Origin: Deltaproteobacteria bacterium
Lineage (GTDB): Bacteria; Myxococcota_A; Polyangia; Polyangiales; Houyiibacteriaceae
Length of the DNA: 64,000 bases
Direction: 5' to 3'
NCBI GenBank assembly: GCA_034670305.1
Contig: JAXMNT010000006.1
Span: forward strand, 172,980 to 236,979
The notes under the pieces are model-generated. The model made no database searches. It was not told the origin of the DNA and saw only the letters and a program-made list of their open reading frames with translations. Positions 57,271 to 64,000 of the stretch are shown one piece after another; within the stretch, counting starts at the first letter, position 1, and each line of letters begins with the position of its first letter. A program made the translations under genes and the position numbers.

Positions 57271-58443
57271 CTATTCGTCGATGGGGCGGGGGCGGCTGCG
57301 GACGCCGCTGGTGATGCCGAGGGCGAAGTCGTTGGGGTCGAGGGCGTCGGAGCCGCCGGAGGCGTCTGCGACGCTGGCGACGAAGGCGGAGAGTTCGTCT
57401 TGGAAGAGGTCGGCGAGGCCCATGACCTCGATGTCGAGCTCGAGGTCTTCCTTCGGAGCTTCGCGTTTCTTCTGGTGCAAGTGCAGGCCGACGACGAGGG
57501 CGACGTCTTTGTGGCCGACGTCCGGATCGATGCGGCGGAGGAGCGCATCCAAGGCTTCGACGATCCGCGCCGCCGACGGCAGCCGTTTGTCCGGGTCCTG
57601 CGCCAACATCGCCTGGAGGAGCTGGTCGACCTGGGTCGGGACGTGTTCGTTGTAGTGGCGGAGCGAAGGCACTTCGCAGCGCGCGACGTTGCGCACGGTG
57701 TCGGCGTCGGTCTCGCCTTGGAAGAGTCGGCGGCCCGCGAGCATCTCCCAGATCACGATGCCGAGTCCGAAGAGATCGATCCGGTGGTCCACCGGCTTCT
57801 GCATGATGATCTCGGGCGCGAGGTAGCCGAGTTTGCCGCCGACCATCTCCTCGGAGTGCACGTGTTCGTGCACCGACGCGTCGGCGAGCCCGAAGTCCAT
57901 CAACTTCACCGCGCCGTCGCGGCCGAGCAGCAAGTTGTGGGGGCTCACGTCGCGGTGAATGATGCCGAGGTGGTTGCCCTCTTCGTCCTCGGCGACGTGG
58001 ACGTAGTCGAGCGCCGCGGCGAGCTCCCGCCCGACGTGAAGCGCCATCGCGAGCGGCATGCAGGCGTTGCGCTGATGCGCGCGCTCGATGATCGACTTGA
58101 GCGAGTCCCCGTCGACCAGCTCCATGACCATGATGAACGTGCCGCCCACGTCGCGGGCGTCGTACACCCGCACGATGTTCGGGTGGCGCAGCAGCATGCC
58201 GAGCCGCGCTTCGTCTTCGAACATGCTCCGGAACACGGGCTGGCCCATTTGGGGAAGCACGCGCTTGATGGCGACCTCGTACTTGCCGCCGTCCTCGAAC
58301 GAAGCTTCGGCCCGCCACACCTCCGCCATGCCACCCACCGCGATGCGGCTGATGGGGCGGTAGCGGGTGGGTGCCCGACGGAGCTGGGTGGAGAGAGAGC
58401 GCGCCACGGGTGCAGTCTTCCCGCCAACGTGCCTCACGTCCAC
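57271..58443 (-). CDS. Cytoplasmic Ser/Thr protein kinase; start may be slightly downstream
   Basis: IAVGGMAEVW, VAIKR, HRDVSPHN, DFGLA, GKLGYLAPE; no TM helix. Confidence 0.92.
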   Translation of the reverse strand: MDVRHVGGKTAPVARSLSTQLRRAPTRYRPISRIAVGGMAEVWRAEASFEDGGKYEVAIKRVLPQMGQPVFRSMFEDEARLGMLLRHPNIVRVYDARDVGGTFIMVMELVDGDSLKSIIERAHQRNACMPLAMALHVGRELAAALDYVHVAEDEEGNHLGIIHRDVSPHNLLLGRDGAVKLMDFGLADASVHEHVHSEEMVGGKLGYLAPEIIMQKPVDHRIDLFGLGIVIWEMLAGRRLFQGETDADTVRNVARCEVPSLRHYNEHVPTQVDQLLQAMLAQDPDKRLPSAARIVEALDALLRRIDPDVGHKDVALVVGLHLHQKKREAPKEDLELDIEVMGLADLFQDELSAFVASVADASGGSDALDPNDFALGITSGVRSRPRPIDE

Positions 58444-58478
58444 ACATTCTATCCCCCGAATGAGGGAGACGACCCGGC

Positions 58479-59624
58479 TCAGTCCACGAATGACGGGATG
58501 GACGCGAGCGGCAGGATCTGGCGACTGATCGCGTGGGGGGCACGTGCGAACGCGTCGGCCACGTGCGGCTGCAGCCCTGGCGCGTCGTTGGAGGCGAGCA
58601 ATGTGTCTCGGTGAGGGGCCGCGACGAAGAGCGGGCCGGAGAGCTCAGCCGCCAAGACCGCCGCCAGGTTCGGCAGCAGCAGCCGCGCCGCGTCCAGTCC
58701 GTCGCCCGTGCGCGCGATCACCAGCGGAATGTCCGCTTCCACCCGTGCAAAACGCGCGCGCTCCGAACGGGCGGCCAGCCGCTCGAGCGCCCGCGTCTTC
58801 GGCTGCGCGCCGGCGCGGATCCAGTTCTCGAGCTCGTCCGCGCGCACGTACCTCGAACGTCCGTCGTAGCGCAGCTGCAGGGTGGCGCAGAGGTCGCCGT
58901 GCAGAGGCTGCTGAAACAGTCCTGCGCCCTGCGGCCCGAGCCGTTCGAGAAAACCGTGGCCCACCACGCGCGGAAGAATACGTTCCGCGGCTTCCGCCCA
59001 AGGCAACCACACCCGCTCGGCGCCAGGAAGCAGCCCGAGCACCCGGTCGAGCGCGCCTTCGAGCACCTTTGGGTTCTCTGCCGTCAGCTCCGCGATGCGC
59101 GCCAGATCGATCTCGAGCCCGCCCGTCAACACCACCTCGAATTCGAACCGGTCTTCCAGCTGCAGTTCGGGCCGCCGCAACTGCAGGCGTTCGTCGAACG
59201 CGCGGACGATGCGTGCCACCGGGCCGGTGCCCTCGGCTTCTGCGTCCGCGAGGAGGAGCCGCGTGCGCAGTTCTTCGTCCGGTGCGTCCGCATCGAGCGC
59301 GGCGTCGATCGCCCGGAACGGATCGAAGCTGCCATGCCGTCCGAGCAACACCCGGTGCGCGCTCCCGCGCCCGACGTGCCGGCCGCCGTGGCGGTCCAGC
59401 AACGCGAGGCCGAGCAATGCGCCGCCTCCTTCGACCAGTCGCCGGTCGGCCTGGTCCGCCTCGGGGGAGTCGTCCTGGAACGCGACCTCGTCGATCGCGG
59501 CGACGAGCAGCCGCACCGCGTCCATGCTCGAGTCGGGCGCTTCGTGACCGGCCCCCCGCAGCCAGCTGGTGGCCGAGTCGAGCAGCGGCCCGGCGATCGG
59601 TCGCAATGCCTCGAGCCAACGCAT
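58479..59624 (-). CDS. Hypothetical protein with a DUF1444/YtpQ-like C-terminal half
   Basis: TGDGLDAARLLLP and VAAPHRDTLL motifs. Start ATG 59624. Confidence 0.65.
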   Translation of the reverse strand: MRWLEALRPIAGPLLDSATSWLRGAGHEAPDSSMDAVRLLVAAIDEVAFQDDSPEADQADRRLVEGGGALLGLALLDRHGGRHVGRGSAHRVLLGRHGSFDPFRAIDAALDADAPDEELRTRLLLADAEAEGTGPVARIVRAFDERLQLRRPELQLEDRFEFEVVLTGGLEIDLARIAELTAENPKVLEGALDRVLGLLPGAERVWLPWAEAAERILPRVVGHGFLERLGPQGAGLFQQPLHGDLCATLQLRYDGRSRYVRADELENWIRAGAQPKTRALERLAARSERARFARVEADIPLVIARTGDGLDAARLLLPNLAAVLAAELSGPLFVAAPHRDTLLASNDAPGLQPHVADAFARAPHAISRQILPLASIPSFVD

Positions 59625-59632
59625 GGCTGGCG

Positions 59633-60799
59633 TCAAGCGAGCAGCTCTCGTGCGATCAGCAGCTTCTGAACGTCCGTGGCCCCTTCGTAGATCCGGAGTG
59701 CGCGGACGTCTTGGTAGAGGCGCGCCACGACGTGATCCACGCACACGCCGCGGCCCCCGTGCAGCTGCACCGCCTGGTCGATCACCCGTTGGGCCGACTC
59801 GGTGGCGACGAGCTTCGCCATGCTTCCCGTCCGCGCGACCTCGCTGCGCGACCGGTCTTCGTCGATGGCCCGCACCGCGCGCCGCACCAAGAGCCGCGAT
59901 GCTTCGACCTCACATGCCATCTCGGCCAGCCGCGCCTGCACCATCTGCAGCGACGCGAGCGGCGCCCCGAACTGCACCCGAGACTTCGTGTGCGCGATGC
60001 TCTCGTCGAGCGCACGCCACCCGAAGCCGACCGCAGCGGCACCGACCGTGGGCCGGAAGCGGTGCAGGGTCGCGAGCGCCACGGAGAGACCGCGACCGAC
60101 CTCGCCGACCCGCGCGCTGTCGGGCACCTTCACGTCCTCCAGCCGCACGCGGCCGATCGGATGGCCGCCGAGCACGTGCTGGGCTTCGGTGTGTACGCCG
60201 GGCAACGACGCGTCGACGGCGAACGCGGTGATGCGGCGCTTCGGGGAGTCGGCGTCGCTCACCGCGAAGACCGTGTAGACGTGCGCCACGCCCGCGTTGG
60301 AGATGAACACCTTTTCGCCGCGCAGGGTCCAATCGTCGCCCGAGCGCACCGCGGAGGTCGCGAGGCCGCTCAGATCGGTGCCGGCGCCGGGCTCGGTCAG
60401 GGCGAACGCGGCGACGGCGCGCCCAGCGACGACCTCCGGCAACCAGCGTTTCGCCGCGTCGGTCGTGCCGTGTTCGGAGGCGGTGTGGCTCCACGGGTAG
60501 CTGCCGAGCCCCTGCATCGCGAACGCCAGTTCGCAGAGGGGCGAGGTGTACCCGAGCCGCTCTCGAACGAGCGCGACCGCGCGCATCGAAACGTGATCGA
60601 AACGGCCACCGAACTCGGCCGGGGCGATCCACTCGAGCAGTGCCTGCGCGCCGTAGAGTGCGACCATCGCGGCGAGTGCTTCGCCATGGTCGGCGACCTG
60701 CGCTTCCACTTCGGCGGCGGCGGCCGAGACCGCGTCCGCCTCGTTCCAGGCGAACGCCTCGGGGCCGACTTCGGCCTCTGGGTTGTCGAGCGTGGTCAC
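59633..60799 (-). CDS. Acyl-CoA dehydrogenase family protein
   Basis: FAMQGLGS, AFALTEPGAGTD, GEKVFISN, RVQFG, AVQLHGG, RALRIYEGATDVQ. Confidence 0.93.
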   Translation of the reverse strand: MTTLDNPEAEVGPEAFAWNEADAVSAAAAEVEAQVADHGEALAAMVALYGAQALLEWIAPAEFGGRFDHVSMRAVALVRERLGYTSPLCELAFAMQGLGSYPWSHTASEHGTTDAAKRWLPEVVAGRAVAAFALTEPGAGTDLSGLATSAVRSGDDWTLRGEKVFISNAGVAHVYTVFAVSDADSPKRRITAFAVDASLPGVHTEAQHVLGGHPIGRVRLEDVKVPDSARVGEVGRGLSVALATLHRFRPTVGAAAVGFGWRALDESIAHTKSRVQFGAPLASLQMVQARLAEMACEVEASRLLVRRAVRAIDEDRSRSEVARTGSMAKLVATESAQRVIDQAVQLHGGRGVCVDHVVARLYQDVRALRIYEGATDVQKLLIARELLA

Positions 60800-61599
60800 T
60801 TGAACGCCGGCTCGCGTTTGGCTTTCCACGCGTCGTGCGCTTCCCGGAAGTCCGGGTGCTGCATGCAGATGGCCTGCGCTTGCGCTTCTGCTTCGATGGC
60901 GGTGGTGAAGTCCACGTGACCTTCGTACTCGAGCATCTTCTTCGTCATCGAATGGGCGAACGCGGGCCCCTTCGCGATCTTCGTCGCGAACGTGTGGGCT
61001 TCGGTTCGAAGGTCGTCGTTCGGAACGATCCGGTTCACGAGGCCAATGCGCTCGGCGCGTTCGGCACCCACCCAGTCGCCGGTCAGGAGGATCTCGGTCG
61101 CGCGTCCGAGCCCGACGATCCGCGGCAAGAGATACGCCGCGCCCATGTCCGCACCGCAGAGGCCGACTTTCGGGAACAAGTACGCGAACCGGGCATCCGG
61201 GGTCGCCAATCGAATGTCGCAGGCCGCGGCGATGACCGCGCCCGCGCCGCAGCACACGCCATGGATCGCAGCGACCACCGGGGGGCGCGTCGTGCGGATC
61301 GCGTGCACCAGCGCGCCGGTCATCCGGGTGAACTCGACCAGGCCCTGCATGTCGCGCGAGAACAGCTCCGCGATGATGTCGTGCTGGTCGCCCCCGGAGC
61401 AGAACCCCTTCGGTCCTTCGCCGCGGAGCACGATGGCGCGCACCTCCGGGTGTTCGGTCTTGAGCGCCAGAAACGTGTCGCGCAGCTCGGCGTACACAGC
61501 GAAGGTGAGCGAGTTGATCCGGTCCGGACGGTCCAGGGTCAGCGTGCAGACACCGGCTTCGTCGACCTCGCTGCGAAACGTCTTGGTCTCGAGACTCAC
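60796..61599 (-). CDS. Enoyl-CoA hydratase family protein
   Basis: LDRPDRINSLTF, FCSGGD, GAGAVIAAACDIR, GADMGAAYLLPRIVGLGRA. Confidence 0.92.
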   Translation of the reverse strand: MSLETKTFRSEVDEAGVCTLTLDRPDRINSLTFAVYAELRDTFLALKTEHPEVRAIVLRGEGPKGFCSGGDQHDIIAELFSRDMQGLVEFTRMTGALVHAIRTTRPPVVAAIHGVCCGAGAVIAAACDIRLATPDARFAYLFPKVGLCGADMGAAYLLPRIVGLGRATEILLTGDWVGAERAERIGLVNRIVPNDDLRTEAHTFATKIAKGPAFAHSMTKKMLEYEGHVDFTTAIEAEAQAQAICMQHPDFREAHDAWKAKREPAFK

Positions 61600-62012
61600 G
61601 AGGCCGCTCCCTCGGTGGCCGGAAGGATCGCCGTCGCTTCGATTTCGATCTGTGCGCGCGGCTCGAGCAGCGCCGCCACCTGGAGCAGCGCCATCGCGGG
61701 GTAGTTCTTGCCCATGCGTTCGCGGTACGCCTTCCCGATCGCCTTGGCACCCGCAGCGTAGGCGTCCCGATCGGTCACGTAGATCGTGAGTCGACCGATG
61801 TGCTCCGGGCCGCCGCCCGCGGCACGCACGACGTCGAGGATGTTGTCCATCGCCTGAGCGAACTGCTCGACCAGGTCGTCGCTCACGAACCGACAGTCTT
61901 TGTCCCAGCCGATCTGACCCGCGACGAAGAGCGTGTGGCCGGGTTCGAACATCAGACCGTTGGAGTAGCCGCGGGGCGGCGCGAGGGAATCGGGGTTGAT
62001 GACGCGGCTCAT
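61596..62012 (-). CDS. RidA/YjgF family protein
   Basis: PRGYSNG, LFVAGQIGWD, YPAMALLQV, IEIEATA. Confidence 0.9.
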   Translation of the reverse strand: MSRVINPDSLAPPRGYSNGLMFEPGHTLFVAGQIGWDKDCRFVSDDLVEQFAQAMDNILDVVRAAGGGPEHIGRLTIYVTDRDAYAAGAKAIGKAYRERMGKNYPAMALLQVAALLEPRAQIEIEATAILPATEGAAS

Positions 62013-62080
62013 GGCCGGAACGTATCCGCGCCGCGGACCTCCTGCTGTGCGAAATCACGCGGGCGTGCTACGGACCGCCG

Positions 62081-62551
62081 ATGGCCAAGGGCAAGTCAAA
62101 GGGCAAGGGCAAGAAGACCAAGAAGCGGGCGTCGCGTGTCGATCCGGAGAAAGCCGCCGAGAAGGCGAAGAAAGCCCGGGCCGAAGCCGAAGAAGAGGTC
62201 GACGAGACCTCTGAAGACGAAGCCGAAGACGAGGATTCGTCCGAAGAAGACGAGCATGAGGACGACTCGCACGACGACGACGACTCGGACGACGATGGCG
62301 CGGACGATTCGGACGATTCCGACGACGACTCGGACCATCAGGAAGACGACGGCGGCAACGACGGCGAGGGCGTGCACCACGAATCGCGGGAAGAGCGCCG
62401 CAAGCGCCGTCGCCGCGAACGCGAGAAGCAGTCCGAAGAGGCGCCCGAGATCGAGATGGAGCGCGTCAGCGAAAAGGGCGGCCTTGTCTTCGTGGGCGTC
62501 ATCCTGACCCTGCTGGGCGGCGCCATCTTGATGGCCCTCCTGACCAAGTAG
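62081..62551 (+). CDS. Hypothetical tail-anchored protein (basic N-terminus, Asp/Glu-rich middle, C-terminal TM helix)
   Basis: 156 aa. Composition as stated; ends GGLVFVGVILTLLGGAILMALLTK. Confidence 0.72.
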   Translation: MAKGKSKGKGKKTKKRASRVDPEKAAEKAKKARAEAEEEVDETSEDEAEDEDSSEEDEHEDDSHDDDDSDDDGADDSDDSDDDSDHQEDDGGNDGEGVHHESREERRKRRRREREKQSEEAPEIEMERVSEKGGLVFVGVILTLLGGAILMALLTK

Positions 62552-62676
62552 CGCTTCTTTCTGGCGCTACGGGCCTGGCTCGCTTCGCGAGACTGGCGGC
62601 CCTATGCACGCGCCCCCGCGCCGTCGAATGGCCCCTGGCCCTTGCCAGGGTGGCTTCGGATCCCCACACTTTTCTG

Positions 62677-63879
62677 GTGAGCGAGCCCATCGACCCGGGT
62701 CCCGAACCGGATCCCGTGCCGGACCCCTTGGAGGTCTTGCCCATTCCCCCACCGCCTTCTGCCACCAGCGAAGACGCCGGCGAGGGGTGGGACGAGTTGA
62801 TGAAGGTGCTCGACCGAGTGCCCTTCGTCTCGGGTCTCAAGCGCGACATCGCCAAACTCAACCGCTTGGTTTACCAGCGCCGGCCCCCACGCTTGCTCGC
62901 CGTGGGCACCCCGCAGTGCGGCCGCAGCCAGCTCCTGAACGCGCTGCTCGGCGGCCCGGTCCTCTCGGTGGATCCAGCGCGCGTGCAATCTGGCGCTCCG
63001 GGGTGGCATCCGCTCGAAGGCCGCGGCAAACACGTCGACTGGGCAGAGCTCTCGCTCGGCTCGGACGTCGAGTCCTCGGTTCAAGCCGGCCGCGCGATCG
63101 TCGACGAACGCAAGCCGGACTCCGTGCTGCTCGTGCTCACCCCGGAGGACGTCGCCCGCGGGCTCGGACACCACTTGGAGCTCGCCGGGCGGGTGCTCGA
63201 CCGCGCCCGCAAGGAAGGGCCGACCAGCCTCTTCATCGTGCTGTCCAAGATCGACACCCTCCCGCCGGAGCACGCCGCGGCACCGTTCCCGGTCGCCAAG
63301 CTCGACGCGATCGCGGCCGTGAAGTCGGAGCTCCGCAAGCAGCTGAACGAAGCCGCCGTGCAGCCCGATGGGGTCTATGCGGTCGCGACGCCGACGCCGG
63401 CCGAACAGCGACTCGAGATCGGTCCGGTGGGGCTCGAGGATCTCGCGGAGTGCCTGGTGAAGAAGTTGCCGCCGCCCGCCCAGGTGGAAGCCGCGCGCGC
63501 GTTCCCAGGCGCAGCCGCCTCGCGGCGCCGAGTGGCCAACGACGTGGTGCGCTGTTCGTCGACCTTGGCCATCACAGTGGCGATCACGCCGCTCCCGCTC
63601 TCCGACGTGGCGGTCATCGCGCCGCTGCAAGTGATGATGGTGACCACGCTCGCGTACCTCTCGGGGCGCGCGTGGGATCGCAAGACCGCTGGCGAGTGGA
63701 TGATGAGCGCGGGGCTCGTGAGCGGCGCAGGTTTCGGCCTCCGCTGGGGCGCGCAGCAAGCGGTCAAGTTCATCCCGGGCATGGGCAGCATTCTCAGCGC
63801 CGGCATCGCCGGCATGGGCACCCTCGCGCTCGGCCGCGCGGCGTTGAAGTACTTCCTCGACGCCCCCGCCGAGGTCTAG
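62677..63879 (+). CDS. GTPase-like (degenerate P-loop) protein with a C-terminal DUF697/YcjF-like domain
   Basis: GTPQCGRSQLLNAL, LSKID, TPLPLSDVAVIAPLQVMMV, KFIPGMGSILSAGIAG. TTGCCA-N17-CACACT promoter 6 nt before GTG 62677. Confidence 0.72.
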   Translation: MSEPIDPGPEPDPVPDPLEVLPIPPPPSATSEDAGEGWDELMKVLDRVPFVSGLKRDIAKLNRLVYQRRPPRLLAVGTPQCGRSQLLNALLGGPVLSVDPARVQSGAPGWHPLEGRGKHVDWAELSLGSDVESSVQAGRAIVDERKPDSVLLVLTPEDVARGLGHHLELAGRVLDRARKEGPTSLFIVLSKIDTLPPEHAAAPFPVAKLDAIAAVKSELRKQLNEAAVQPDGVYAVATPTPAEQRLEIGPVGLEDLAECLVKKLPPPAQVEAARAFPGAAASRRRVANDVVRCSSTLAITVAITPLPLSDVAVIAPLQVMMVTTLAYLSGRAWDRKTAGEWMMSAGLVSGAGFGLRWGAQQAVKFIPGMGSILSAGIAGMGTLALGRAALKYFLDAPAEV

Positions 63880-63903
63880 CAGGTCGCTGAAAAGCGACCT
63901 GCT
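63878..63903. terminator. Perfect hairpin AGCAGGTCGCT-GAAA-AGCGACCTGCT at the stop codon, followed by a short (CCCTTG/CCCGTG) hexamer tract
   Basis: 11-bp stem, GAAA tetraloop, weak U tract. Confidence 0.55.
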
Positions 63904-64000
63904 CCCTTGCCGTTGCCCTTGCCCGTGCCCTTGCCCGCGTCGTGGACGCCGTGTGTTTCGCGACGGCGAGGCGCGAATCGGAGCGCGATGCCCAGCGGAC

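Overview
High-GC (about 70% by eye) bacterial chromosome segment. Gene content points to a myxobacterium, probably Polyangia/Sandaracinaceae-like (inference): Cys-rich lipoproteins, Ser/Thr kinases, a PEGA protein and a TIGR03960 radical SAM fusion. There are about 50 genes. Housekeeping: deaD-like helicase, gpsA, lon, pgi, sua5/tsaC, glpD, beta-CASP RNase. Signalling: histidine kinase, OmpR-type regulator, FHA-GGDEF, two Ser/Thr kinases, TetR, XRE/MmyB. Envelope: a 13 kb locus with four different GT-C-type membrane glycosyltransferases plus a GT2, and two very large Cys-rich repeat lipoproteins. Also an orphan type ISP/IIG-like adenine methyltransferase and a RidA / enoyl-CoA hydratase / acyl-CoA dehydrogenase trio. 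No rRNA, tRNA, CRISPR, transposase or phage genes were recognised. The most unusual signals are non-coding: (1) period-6 tracts, mostly NCCGAN and 35-235 bp long, recurring about every 6 kb, one inside a CDS and one in frame with a downstream CDS; (2) a roughly 200-nt nested inverted-repeat element between two such tracts; (3) a mosaic cluster of a 103-bp element with 11-bp terminal inverted repeats; (4) a -10-like hexamer 6-7 nt before many start codons, implying widespread leaderless mRNAs; (5) a perfect CRP-type palindrome. Many starts were moved from the ORF track to more plausible downstream codons. All product calls come from motif recognition, not database searches.
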